NCBI GenBank assembly: GCA_963718525.1
Contig: OY970355.1
Coordinates: forward strand, 2,304,001 to 2,368,000
Source of the DNA: Candidatus Dormiibacterota bacterium
GTDB taxonomy: Bacteria; Chloroflexota; Dormibacteria; Aeolococcales; Aeolococcaceae
Length of the DNA stretch: 64,000 nucleotides
Direction of reading: 5' to 3'
Under the pieces are notes generated by a model. The model was not told the origin of the DNA. It searched no databases and saw only the letters and a list, made by a program, of their open reading frames with translations. This document shows, one piece after another, positions 28,195 to 37,701 of this stretch. Numbering within the stretch: the stretch's first letter is position 1; the number at the start of each line of letters is the position of its first letter. Both the position numbers and the translations under genes were made by a program.

Positions 28195-28410
28195 GGGGGT
28201 CACACTACGTCTGGGCAGCTCCACGGTGCTTCTCGATTCCTGATCGGTCGCGTCACCTCTCGGCGTGCCCCGGTTGGACGGATACATTTGCTACGCGGAG
28301 ACCACTGCGTCGATGCGAGCCACCATCTGTCCACCGCAGGATCAGCCTTTCGTTGGCATCGAATGGAGTAGCGCCGCCACCTAGCGAAGGATTGAACCTC
28401 AAGGCACAGG

Positions 28411-29423
28411 TCAATGGGACGCGAGCCGGATCAACTCATCAACAGATAGGGCCGCGCCACGGGACCACGCTCGCTCGAAGTCGGCGGCAGCAAGTGCTCG
28501 CCGCCGCCGCATCCCTGCTGGTTTGGAGCACTGGTAACTCATCCGGTGGCCACTCGGCGCCCTGCTCCTCGACCATGCGCGTGGCGGCACCGAGCAGCGT
28601 TGCGGCCCGCGCGAAGTCACCGGTCTCAACGGCGACGGCAGCCAGCTGGTTCAGGGTGTACGGGATCGCCCATTCGTCGCTACGCTGGACCTCGATGTCG
28701 AGCGCTTCCAGCGCGAGCTCCTTCGCTCGCGCGCGGTTGCCCAGCTGCCGCTCGACCGCGCTGAGGTTGCTGGCCTCGGTGGACACCACGCTCAAGGCCC
28801 CGCGCTTGCGTGCCATCTCCGTCCGTTGCTGCATCAAGTCACGGGCCGTGTTCAGGTCGCCCGACATCTGGGCGGCAACGCTGAGCACATGGATGGCGCT
28901 CGAGCGACCCGCGGTATCGTCGCTGTCCTCGACGATGTGCAGCGCCTCTCCGCAGAGTGAGCGCGCCCGCTCAGTCTGTCCTGCTCGCAGTGCGATCCTC
29001 GCCAATCCCGCCAGCGCAAGCGCCTCGGTGGTCCGGTCTTCGGAATCCCGCGCGACCTCGCGACCCAACTGAAACGCCGCTCGCGCTTGCTCGTCGCGGC
29101 CCCGCCAGAAGGCGAGCATTCCCGCCTGATGGTGAGCCGGGCCGCGAATGCTCAGCTCGACGCCCGGCGCGGCCAGGCCGCGCTCCAGGTACCTGCTCCC
29201 CCGCGTTCAGCTAGCCAGAGTGCACCCAGTGGTCGGCGAGGGCGATGGCGATGCGCAGCGCATCAGTCGGGCGCTGGTTGGTCATGAACCAGTCGAAGGC
29301 GGCTCCCAGCTCGGCGGATTGCTCTTCGAGGCGGCGCTGCCAGGTCACGGTGTCCAGGCCGGCGAGTGCCTCCGGGCTCTCCTCAGCGAAGAGCAACAGC
29401 GCCTGTGCACGAGTTGCGTCCAC
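28411..29423 (-). pseudogene. Disrupted TPR-like helical-repeat protein (C-terminal part of ATPase/LuxR-type regulators)
   Basis: One protein spread over three frames: VDATRAQ...DHWVHSG* / SRYLERGLA...MLAFWRG... / RALAAADFERAWSRGAALSVDE; one internal stop and two frameshifts. Confidence 0.65.
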
Positions 29424-29523
29424 GGGCGCAGACGCTAGCGCAGAAAGCCATGTAAAGTGCCGTTCTCGAGGCCTGCTAGGAAGCTGCAGCCGACACGTTC
29501 GAGGCGAGGCCGCGGGGTTTCCT

Positions 29524-29724
29524 GGCGCGGACGCCGGACCCCTCGCGAAGCGGGAAGTCGAGGTCGCGGGATTGGTCGCAGAAGGTCTCAGCAACAAGCA
29601 GATCGCAGCCCGCCTGTTCATTTCCGAGCGCACCGTCGCCACCCACGTTGGTCACATCCTCAACAAGCTTGGCTTCAACTCACGAGCACAGATCGCAGGC
29701 TGGATGTCCTCTAAGGTGGAGTGA
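29524..29724 (+). pseudogene. Orphan LuxR HTH fragment
   Basis: [44 protein letters not shown] with no credible start. Confidence 0.7.
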
Positions 29725-29758
29725 TCGCCCGATCTTGATGGCACTCAGGATAAGAGTG

Positions 29759-30480
29759 TCAGGTCCACCGGATGACCCGATCCAACTCCGACTTGATCAC
29801 CGAATAGCACTCGCAGGACACCGCCTCAAGCTGCTCACGGTCGACGATGGTGAGGTGGCCTCTCGTGTATCGGATGATTCCGGCACGCTGGAGGATGCCG
29901 GCAGACACGGAGACCGTCGAGCGCCGGCGCCCAGCATCTGCGCGAGAAATTCCTGTGTGATCATGAATCGATCCGATCCGACGCGATCCTGGCTCATCAA
30001 CAGCCAGCGGCTGAGTCGCTCCTCGCTCGAGTGGAGCCGGTTGCAGGCAGCCGCCTGCGAGATCTGGCCGAAGAGCGCCTGCGTATACCTATCGACCAAC
30101 GTCTGAAACAGTCGGTTGTTCTGGTACCACTCGAGGAACACCGCTGCATCGATCCGAAGAGCGTGTCCAGCAACCTGCGCAAGAGCGCGTACAGCGAGGC
30201 TACCGAACGGCACGAGGGGGACACCCACGATGCCTTCGTTCCCGATAGTGGCGACCTCCACGATAGCTCCTGCGTTGAGGGCGGTAACCAGTGAGACGAC
30301 CCCGCCGGTAGGGAAGTAGACGGCGTCGATTGGCCCACCGGGTTCGAACAGCACGGTCTTCACCGGGAGGCTCACGTCGCGTAGCAGGTCGAACAGGCTG
30401 AGTCGCTCTGCCTGCGGCAGCGCGGCCAGAATCCGATTCTCACCGCGAGGGCCGGCCGTGATGCTCCTGGTCGTCGTCAC
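29759..30480 (-). pseudogene. Crp/Fnr-family regulator with a 1-bp frameshift in the HTH
   Basis: ENRILAALP...ACNRLHSSEERLSRWLL...TQEFLAQMLGA, then RRSTVSVSAGILQRAGIIRYTRG...CECY in another frame (one C missing near 29928). Confidence 0.85.
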
Positions 30481-30537
30481 GTGGAGGCACCCAGCTCAAT
30501 GATGCGTCTACGCAACCGCGACCATGACGGACTGCGT

Positions 30538-31272
30538 CTAATCCGTATCCGGGCGTGTAGCATCGGCATGAGGTTCCGTGCCCGTTGCCACGGTGTGGGG
30601 CGGATGAGGACCACGCTCGCGTCCCGGAACCCTGCCCGTCGCGATCTGTTTCAGCCGCTGCGCGTCAAGTATCTCCACCCGCTGGGGCTTGGTAGCGATG
30701 ATCCCATTGGCGCGGAGGGCACTGAGTTCGCGACTGACAACCTCGCGCGCAGTGCCGACTGCGTCGGCGAGTCGCTGGTGAGTGATGTGCGCAACCGCGA
30801 GTCCATCATGGGAGGGCAGGGCCATCTCTCCGAGGTGGCGGGCGATACGCGCCGCCGTCGGTAGCGAGCAACTTTCCTGAAGAGCATGGAGACCACTGGA
30901 TAACCAGGTCGCGACGTGCTCCGCGATCAACCATGGAAGCTCCGGGCGGCGCCCGGCGGCCGCGTGGATGTGATCCATTGTCAACAGCTCGACGGTGCTG
31001 TCAACGACAGCCTCGGCACTCCACGTGCGGCTGCCACCGAGCAACGGTGCCAATCCGACCAAATCGCCCCGCCGCCCGTAACGGATGGTCAACTGATGCC
31101 CCTTTGTCCCCGAGAGATAGACGCGGACGATGCCAGCGCGGATGAGCGCGATCCTTGGTGGCGAGCCCGATCGAAAGATGAGATCGCCGGCGGGGACGTG
31201 TGCGGGCTCGACGACACCCTCGAGCACTTCCTCCCAGATAGCGCGGCGACTGTCCTGGACGTTCTCGATCAA
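30538..31272 (-). CDS. Crp/Fnr-family transcriptional regulator
   Basis: LIRAGIVRVY...GDLVGL beta-barrel; THQRLADAVGTAREVVSRELSAL HTH; start uncertain (TTG 31272 chosen). Confidence 0.85.
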   Translation of the reverse strand: MIENVQDSRRAIWEEVLEGVVEPAHVPAGDLIFRSGSPPRIALIRAGIVRVYLSGTKGHQLTIRYGRRGDLVGLAPLLGGSRTWSAEAVVDSTVELLTMDHIHAAAGRRPELPWLIAEHVATWLSSGLHALQESCSLPTAARIARHLGEMALPSHDGLAVAHITHQRLADAVGTAREVVSRELSALRANGIIATKPQRVEILDAQRLKQIATGRVPGRERGPHPPHTVATGTEPHADATRPDTD

Positions 31273-31330
31273 TCCTCGATGAGGGTACCTGTAGATAACG
31301 CGACCGGTCTGTGACTGGAGTAGTAAAGCC

Positions 31331-31461
31331 CGTGACCTGACGCACACTGAGGGAAAACGAATCGCGCACACCCGTGATGTGGCGCGACGGGTCGCGCGAC
31401 GCTGTACACCAGGGTTCTTGCCATCCAGCAACAGAAAGTCCACCGTGTGACGTGGTGCACC
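31331..31461. promoter_or_regulatory. CRP-box-like sites between crp and the PAS-LuxR gene
   Basis: CGTGA-N6-GCACA 31331-31346 and TGTGA-N6-GCACC 31446-31461, versus TGTGA-N6-TCACA. Confidence 0.45.
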
Positions 31462-32552
31462 CTCGCTGGGGAGCGAGGTATGAACTCCACCGTGCGCTCA
31501 GGGGGACACAAACGCCGAAGAACCACGAGCCACTCCGTTCCGAAGGTCTCGCGGCCGAGGCGGAAGAGGCCGTCGCCAACGCACCGCTTCCCGCCGCGAT
31601 CATCGAGATCGCGTCGGGGCGGATCATGGCGGCGAGCCCGCCGATGCGCAAAATGTTTGCCCCGGGTGGGGGCACGGTCTTGGGCAGGACGGTCGAGGAA
31701 TTCATGGCCGACGAGCCTTCGGGCGCGCTCGACCTGCTGCGCGCCGGGCAACTCCAGGGCTACGTCACGACTCGTTCGCTGCGCCGCAGGCAAGAGGAGT
31801 TTGTGCCGGTGCAGGTCTGGGTGCGCGGCCTGGGCATGGACGGCCCGCCGCGCTTTGCGGTCGCCGTGTTTACGACCCGCCTCACCAGGACCGGCGCGCT
31901 GCTGCCCGAGGTTCCGCGTTCCGATTTGACCCCGGTCGTGGGAACGTCGGACGAGAGCCTGTTGATCGACCGCATCAGCAGCGACGTCGAAGCGCTGCTC
32001 GGATATCGGGCGTCCGACGTCCTGGGGCGCTCGATGCTCTCGTTGGTGACAGAAACCAGCGTCGCCGACCTGCTGGGCTCACTCGCTCACGCCGCGGCGA
32101 CCGGGGCGGGAGTCACCCTCAATCTCGTCGCCTGTTCCAAGCAGGGCGATCCAGTCTTGCTCGAAGCGGTGCTCTGGCCGATGCGCCCGCCGCCACGCTG
32201 CGGCTTCGCGTTGCTCCCCGGCGCCTACGCGGAGTCTGCGTCCGGGACCGCGGCCGATGTGGAGAACTGGATGTCCCGGTTTGCAAGCGACTCTGGAGCG
32301 GTATCCCTCTCGCGCCATCTCGCCACAGCCCCGCGCGAGGGGGAGCTGATCGGCCTCTCCCAGCTGACCACCAGGGAGCTGGAGATCGTCAGCCGGCTGG
32401 TCTCCGGCGACAGAGTCCCGGCGATTGCGAAGGCGCTGTTCCTGAGCCCGAGCACCGTGCGGAATCACCTCCATTCGATTTATCAAAAGCTCGGCATCCA
32501 TACGCAGCAGGAGCTGATCCATGCCTTCCGTGGAGGACCAGCGTCTCGGTGA
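31374..32552 (+). CDS. PAS-PAS-LuxR HTH transcriptional regulator
   Basis: PAS-like ISSDVEALLGYRASDVLGRS; LTTRELEIV...LFLSPSTVRNHLHSIYQKLG; start uncertain. Confidence 0.85.
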   Translation: MMWRDGSRDAVHQGSCHPATESPPCDVVHPRWGARYELHRALRGTQTPKNHEPLRSEGLAAEAEEAVANAPLPAAIIEIASGRIMAASPPMRKMFAPGGGTVLGRTVEEFMADEPSGALDLLRAGQLQGYVTTRSLRRRQEEFVPVQVWVRGLGMDGPPRFAVAVFTTRLTRTGALLPEVPRSDLTPVVGTSDESLLIDRISSDVEALLGYRASDVLGRSMLSLVTETSVADLLGSLAHAAATGAGVTLNLVACSKQGDPVLLEAVLWPMRPPPRCGFALLPGAYAESASGTAADVENWMSRFASDSGAVSLSRHLATAPREGELIGLSQLTTRELEIVSRLVSGDRVPAIAKALFLSPSTVRNHLHSIYQKLGIHTQQELIHAFRGGPASR

Positions 32553-32784
32553 ACGTCGCGCTGAGTGCAGCGGCGCAAGGTCATATCCATTCTCTCGCTT
32601 CGATTTGGCAGGACGGATGACACTCCAATCTACGACCGGGTGACATCACGCCTATTCCGATACGGCCGCGGCGACCTTCACACTCACATCGATGTCCGTG
32701 TCCACACATGTGTCTCAGCCCGCCTCGATCGCGCTGCGCGATGCGGTTCGCCGCGTGCGAAGCAGTCACTACTAGGACACTTGA

Positions 32785-33453
32785 ATGTGGCAGGAACAGC
32801 TCGGCGCTGGGGTCGACGAGGTACACGTATCCAGGAGCGCACTCATCCTCCGCGCGGGTCAGCTCCCGAGAATTGCATTGGTCGTGGCCGGCATCGTGCG
32901 AGTTTTCATCTCGACGCAACTCGGCCGGCAGATGACGATCCGCTACGCGCGAGCTGGTGATCTCATCGGGCTGTCACCCTACCTGGCGGGCACCGATCAG
33001 TGGAACGCTGAAGCGATCACCGACGTGAGCGTCAAGGTGCTCACCTTCGACGACGTGCGCAGCGCCGGAGCACGTGATCCGGAGTTGCCCTGGAGCATCG
33101 CGCGACACGTCGCGGGTGTGACCGAGGAGGCGTTGCGCACAATCGCCGACGCGAGCGGACAGCCGATCACTGTGCGAGTCGCGCGCCACCTTCGCGAGAT
33201 GGCGCTGCGCGGACCCGACGGTCGCATCGCCGTGCACATCAGTCATCAGCGTCTGGCTGATGCGGTCGGTACCGTCCGTGAGGTGGTGAGTCGAGAGCTG
33301 ACTGCCTTGCGATCAGACGGGGTGATTGACAGAACCGCGGGAGCAGTCAGGGTCATCGACGAGGATCGGCTCGCGATCCTCGCCGCCGGCCACTCCACCT
33401 TGCGCACGACTACGGGTGACCGCGGTCACACAGCTGGCAATCGCGGGCACTGA
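32785..33453 (+). CDS. Crp/Fnr-family transcriptional regulator (paralog of 30538-31272)
   Basis: VVAGIVRVF...TIRYARAGDLIGL; SHQRLADAVGTVREVVSRELTAL. Confidence 0.88.
   Translation: MWQEQLGAGVDEVHVSRSALILRAGQLPRIALVVAGIVRVFISTQLGRQMTIRYARAGDLIGLSPYLAGTDQWNAEAITDVSVKVLTFDDVRSAGARDPELPWSIARHVAGVTEEALRTIADASGQPITVRVARHLREMALRGPDGRIAVHISHQRLADAVGTVREVVSRELTALRSDGVIDRTAGAVRVIDEDRLAILAAGHSTLRTTTGDRGHTAGNRGH
33415..33430. promoter_or_regulatory. Near-consensus CRP box upstream of the GAF kinase
   Basis: GGTGA-CCGCGG-TCACA, with a perfect 14-bp palindromic core, in the non-conserved tail of the crp gene. Confidence 0.55.
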
Positions 33454-33525
33454 TGTTTCCCGCCGGCGTGTGTGTAAACGGTACCAGCATCATCGCGAAA
33501 CGACATCGGGTGGAAGGGAAACGAC

Positions 33526-34824
33526 GTGTCCTCGCAACCTTCGAACATGAGCGGACTGACCAACCTCGGTGGAGTTGAGCGCCTCGCCCGTCGCATCGAT
33601 GGACTGCGAGGCGCCCTGCCCCAGGCGATGTCCATTCCCCGTTACACCGCCGCGCTCGTCCAATTGACGGACGACGCCATGTCAGGCATGGCGATCGGTC
33701 AGCTCGCGCGACGCGTGCTCACTGCGAGCACCAGGGTGTTGCGAGCTGATGGGGGGCATGTCCTGGAGGTCGACTCCGCGGGTCGGGTGCTGAGCGTGCT
33801 CGCGTCTCGCGGGCTGGCAATGGTCATCCCGAGGTCGACCCTCGATGCGGGACATGCCGGCGCACGCCTCCTGGAATCCGGTGCACCGATGCTCGCGGTG
33901 TCGGACTATGCCGCGGGTGCATTTGCGGAAGGTGCGGTTCTCGAAGAGGCGGGCGTGCGCAGCGGTCTCACCGCACTGATTCGCGGCACCGAAGCGCCGT
34001 ATGGATTCGTGACTCTGTATGCTCGCCAGCCCCGCTGCTGGACCACCGAGGAAACCGAGTTCCTGCAACTGGCGGCCAACGTCCTCAGTGTTGCGGTGGC
34101 GACCAAGGTCGCATCCGACGACCGGCGGGTGCTGATGTGCCGCCTGGTCCGAGCTCGGGAGGAGGAACGCAAGCGGATCGCTGTTGAGATCCACGACGAC
34201 GCGGTGCAGGTGATGACGGCCGTGAGCCTGCATCTAGCACCGCTCATCGAGCACCTCGAGGGGCAGGAGTACAAGCGAGAAGGCCGCCAGGTCCAGGAGA
34301 CCGTGCGGCTTACCATCGGCCGGCTGCGGCGGTTGCTGTTCCAGCTCGTTCCGCCCGAGCTGCAGCTGCATGGCCTTGCGTCGTCGGTGCGGCTGCTGCT
34401 CGAGACCCTGAACGAGGACAGCGGCGTGATGTGGGAACTCGATTATCGATTGATCGAGGAGCCCGCCCCGGCTGCGGCGCTCGTGGTGTATCGCATCGTG
34501 CAGGAAGCGCTTGGCAACGTCCGCAAGCACGCGGGTGCGTCGAGCGTTCGACTCCGTGTGGCACCTGGCGACGGCGGCGTCGACGTCCGTATCGAGGACG
34601 ACGGGTGTGGATCCTCGCCTGCAAACCCACATGAACCCGGTCACCTCGGGGTGGTCGGCATGGGCGCGCGCGCCGAGATGTCAGGGGGCCGGCTTCGAGT
34701 CCGCAGCGTTCCCGGGCACGGGACGATCGTCGAGTTCTGGATCCCGATGCCGGGCTCGGGTGAGCTCCCGGCCGAAACTGCGGTCACAGCCGCAACTCCC
34801 GCGCGGGCTCCCGCGCGGGCCTAG
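33526..34824 (+). CDS. Cytoplasmic GAF-domain sensor histidine kinase (HisKA_3-type)
   Basis: GAF (WTTEETEFLQLAANVL); ERKRIAVEIHDD, QEALGNVRKHA, DDGCG, GHLG. Confidence 0.92.
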   Translation: MSSQPSNMSGLTNLGGVERLARRIDGLRGALPQAMSIPRYTAALVQLTDDAMSGMAIGQLARRVLTASTRVLRADGGHVLEVDSAGRVLSVLASRGLAMVIPRSTLDAGHAGARLLESGAPMLAVSDYAAGAFAEGAVLEEAGVRSGLTALIRGTEAPYGFVTLYARQPRCWTTEETEFLQLAANVLSVAVATKVASDDRRVLMCRLVRAREEERKRIAVEIHDDAVQVMTAVSLHLAPLIEHLEGQEYKREGRQVQETVRLTIGRLRRLLFQLVPPELQLHGLASSVRLLLETLNEDSGVMWELDYRLIEEPAPAAALVVYRIVQEALGNVRKHAGASSVRLRVAPGDGGVDVRIEDDGCGSSPANPHEPGHLGVVGMGARAEMSGGRLRVRSVPGHGTIVEFWIPMPGSGELPAETAVTAATPARAPARA

Positions 34825-34847
34825 GGTGAAACGCGAGGCGCGAGCAA

Positions 34848-35423
34848 TCACGCGTTCGCTTCTTGCCCGTCGGAGTGTGCGCGGTTGTGCTCCATGGCAT
34901 CGGTGCCACCGGTCTGGTTCAGGATCTGCTTGGCCCGTTGTACGTCGTCAGGTGAACCGTGCACGACCACGAGGGACTTGCCCGCCCTGAGGTACTCGGT
35001 GTACTTGGGGATGTGGTTTTTCGACACGAAATATCCGACGATGGCGCTCAGCACGCCGGCACCGACGGCGCCCTCGGCTGCACCAACGACCGTCGACGCC
35101 AGTGGTCCGATGGCGAGCACCGGGCCGACGCCTGGGATGAACAGTGCCGCCACACCACTGAGCAAACCGAAGAGCCCACCAACCCACGCTCCGGCCGCCG
35201 CGCCCGTCTTTGCGATGTCACCGGTCGTCACGAACCCGTTGAGCTGCACTTCGCTCTGCAGGCCCTGGCCGATGACCGAAACACGATCCGGTGGGAAACC
35301 GGCCTTGACGAGCTGTTCGATCACCCGAGTGGCAGCATCGACTGTGTCATATACCGCGACGACGCTGTCGTCGGGCAGTGTGGTTGTCTGCGATGGTGCA
35401 CTGGTTGTTGCAGCATTAGTCAT
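34848..35423 (-). CDS. General stress protein (YflT/17M-like, Gly-zipper)
   Basis: VVAVYDT...LVKAGFPPDRVSVIG; GAAAGAWVGGLFGLL...IPGVGPVLAIGPL; RBS AAGGAG. Confidence 0.8.
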   Translation of the reverse strand: MTNAATTSAPSQTTTLPDDSVVAVYDTVDAATRVIEQLVKAGFPPDRVSVIGQGLQSEVQLNGFVTTGDIAKTGAAAGAWVGGLFGLLSGVAALFIPGVGPVLAIGPLASTVVGAAEGAVGAGVLSAIVGYFVSKNHIPKYTEYLRAGKSLVVVHGSPDDVQRAKQILNQTGGTDAMEHNRAHSDGQEANA

Positions 35424-35434
35424 CGAGCGTCTCC

Positions 35435-35818
35435 TTATTGCGTGAGCGGTGGTCTGTTGAACGCGTTCTCAGCCAGAGTGGCGTCGACCTCGAGCGTGAC
35501 GGTCCAGCGGTGATCGCCATCAGCCGGCGGCAACAACCGGCGAGGCTCATACCAGACGAGCCGGGACTGACCTGCCTCGGGTTCGACGAAGTAGAGGCCA
35601 AGCCGCGACTCATCGGGCAGTACCACGATGCAGCGGCCGCGATTGGCGATCTCCTCGAGGACCTCGCGGGCGTCACCGAGCGCGTCGTCGCCCGGAAAGC
35701 CGTACGAGCTGCTGAGGTGATCGAGCCGGAAATAGCGTGCTCCGAGCGACTGGTTCTGCGCGATGCCTCGCAGCGTCGTTGTCCGCAGGCGCTTGTCCCA
35801 GGGTGCCGACGTGCTCAT
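35435..35818 (-). CDS. Hypothetical protein
   Basis: Overlaps the hsp20 stop (ATGA) and fills the gap in the operon. Confidence 0.65.
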   Translation of the reverse strand: MSTSAPWDKRLRTTTLRGIAQNQSLGARYFRLDHLSSSYGFPGDDALGDAREVLEEIANRGRCIVVLPDESRLGLYFVEPEAGQSRLVWYEPRRLLPPADGDHRWTVTLEVDATLAENAFNRPPLTQ

Positions 35819-36387
35819 CGGCCACCGGCGGGTGCGCTCTGCGGTTGCGACTGCCGGCCCACCATCTCGGCTTCGCCTGCCGGCGTCGATTCCCGCTGGC
35901 CCTTTGTCGAGTCCTGCTGACCATTGGTTGACTGCGGATTTCGCGAAACCGGAATCTGCTTCGGTTGCGCTGCCGATTGATCGATGGGAATTGAGACCTT
36001 GAGCACGCCGTTCTCAAGCGCGGCGTGTGTCTTGTCGAGCACAACTCCGTCCGGAAGGGCAATCTCCCGACGGATCCGGCCTTCGAATCGCTCGTGCCGG
36101 ATGCAGTTCTTGTCTCGTTGATGGGCCTGCTGGCGCGTTGCAGCCTCGATGACAAGGCGACGCGGCTCAGCTCTGACGGTCACGTCCTCCGGCGCGAATC
36201 CTGCGAGCGACATCTCAACCTGCAGGCCCTTCTCGTCCTGATGCACATCAATAGGCGCCACCAGCGCCGGTTGCAAATCTCCCAATCGCATCGGAAGCCC
36301 ATCCACCAGGGCTCCACCGAACATCCGATCGAGGTTCTTGTGAAGCGCCATCAAGTCATCGGCGGGATCCCAGGTCACGAGAGTCAT
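35815..36387 (-). CDS. Hsp20/alpha-crystallin small heat-shock protein
   Basis: PIDVHQD, LAGFAPEDV, RHERFEGRIRREIALP, ALENGVLKVSIP. Confidence 0.9.
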   Translation of the reverse strand: MTLVTWDPADDLMALHKNLDRMFGGALVDGLPMRLGDLQPALVAPIDVHQDEKGLQVEMSLAGFAPEDVTVRAEPRRLVIEAATRQQAHQRDKNCIRHERFEGRIRREIALPDGVVLDKTHAALENGVLKVSIPIDQSAAQPKQIPVSRNPQSTNGQQDSTKGQRESTPAGEAEMVGRQSQPQSAPAGGR

Positions 36388-36591
36388 GGCTGCACCTCAT
36401 GCTTGCGTCATCCAGCGTACAGACGGCTAGGACACTAGTCGCAAACGGGACCCTCCATGTCAAGCGCGCCGTAGGTAACTGTCGTGACTGAAAGGAATGA
36501 AATCCAGCGCGGACTCGTGCCGAGTTGAGCCGTGGCTTCGGACACTCAGTCGGCTATCAGCGGGTCGAATCGCGCGACATCATCAAACGTT

Positions 36592-37587
36592 TCATCGCCA
36601 CGCGGTCCAGAAGGCCAGACGCGTTTGGCAACGCGACATCTCCAGTTGCAGAGATGGAAGATCGTTGCTGAGCAGTTGCCTCTGGACCTGCTCCTCAGTC
36701 GCCTCGGGCAGACCATAGGTGCGATCGATGATTCGCGTCTGCACCCGGACGAGCTCCTCGTACGCTCCCTGCCAGTACCCCTGCATCGTGGTGGGTGGTG
36801 GCCCGAACTCTGTGCCGGTCGTCGGCGACGCAAACCTCATGGGTTCGGGAACGGCGTTCAACTGGTAGCCGCGACCCCGGATCGTGAGAATCAGGTCAGG
36901 GTGCCTCGGATTGAGTTCGATCTTGTGACGCAGGCGCGAGACGTAGAGCTCGACCTCGGCTTCGCGACCCGGCAGTTCCGCACCCCAGGCCCCGCGAGCA
37001 AGCTCGCTGCGGTTGAGGACCCTATGCGGGTGCGCCATCATGAACGCGAAGAGTTGCCACTCCGCCGGACCGAGCACCTGGCGACGGCCGCGCCGCTCGA
37101 GCGTGTGGTCAGCCAGTCGCACGCGAAGATCACCGAGGACGGCTGTCTGCCCAAGCGCGCGGCGCAACGGCTCCGCGCGCGCGAGAACGGCGCGCACGGC
37201 GAGCTCCAGGTACTCGGGATCGAACGGCTTCTGCACTACCAGGGTTGCACCCTGGCGCAGCCGGGTCTTCATCTCGTCCTCGTCGTCCACAAGCACCACG
37301 AGTGGGCCGGCGAACGTCCTGCGTACGACCGAGAGCGCCGTATCGTCCGGCGGAAGATCGCGCGAGCTGATGAACACCAGTTGAGCACCTGCGGCCTCGA
37401 TTGCGCGAACGAGGTGATGAAACTCCACGTGGGTGCGCGCTTCCCATCCTGCATCGGCGACCAGCGCCGACAGCGTTGCCGTGTAGGCAGGCGAAGACTC
37501 CAGGATCGCGGCCGCCACAGACGTCCATGACCCGAGCCGCTTCGTTGCGTCCACCAAGGCCGCCTCCCGCAGTAATGCCAGCGCCAT
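36592..37587 (-). CDS. Atypical OmpR-family regulator: degenerate receiver + winged helix + C-terminal helical extension
   Basis: KPF motif and wHTH VELYVSRLRHKIE...ILTIRGRGY; acidic pocket and phospho-Asp appear lost. Confidence 0.8.
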   Translation of the reverse strand: MALALLREAALVDATKRLGSWTSVAAAILESSPAYTATLSALVADAGWEARTHVEFHHLVRAIEAAGAQLVFISSRDLPPDDTALSVVRRTFAGPLVVLVDDEDEMKTRLRQGATLVVQKPFDPEYLELAVRAVLARAEPLRRALGQTAVLGDLRVRLADHTLERRGRRQVLGPAEWQLFAFMMAHPHRVLNRSELARGAWGAELPGREAEVELYVSRLRHKIELNPRHPDLILTIRGRGYQLNAVPEPMRFASPTTGTEFGPPPTTMQGYWQGAYEELVRVQTRIIDRTYGLPEATEEQVQRQLLSNDLPSLQLEMSRCQTRLAFWTAWR

Positions 37588-37701
37588 CTTGCGCTCTTCG
37601 GCTGTGTTTCGCAGCGGTGGCGTCCCGCTGACGTCGCGCTGTCGAGCGGTTCGATGGCGAGCGGAAGGATATGGGGGAGGTCATCAAGGCTGCCGTCGCT
37701 A

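Noticed and set aside
34797-34821. 12-bp tandem repeat TCCCGCGCGGGC x2 at the kinase 3' end
   Set aside because: Short GC-rich duplication in a disordered tail; no evidence of function.
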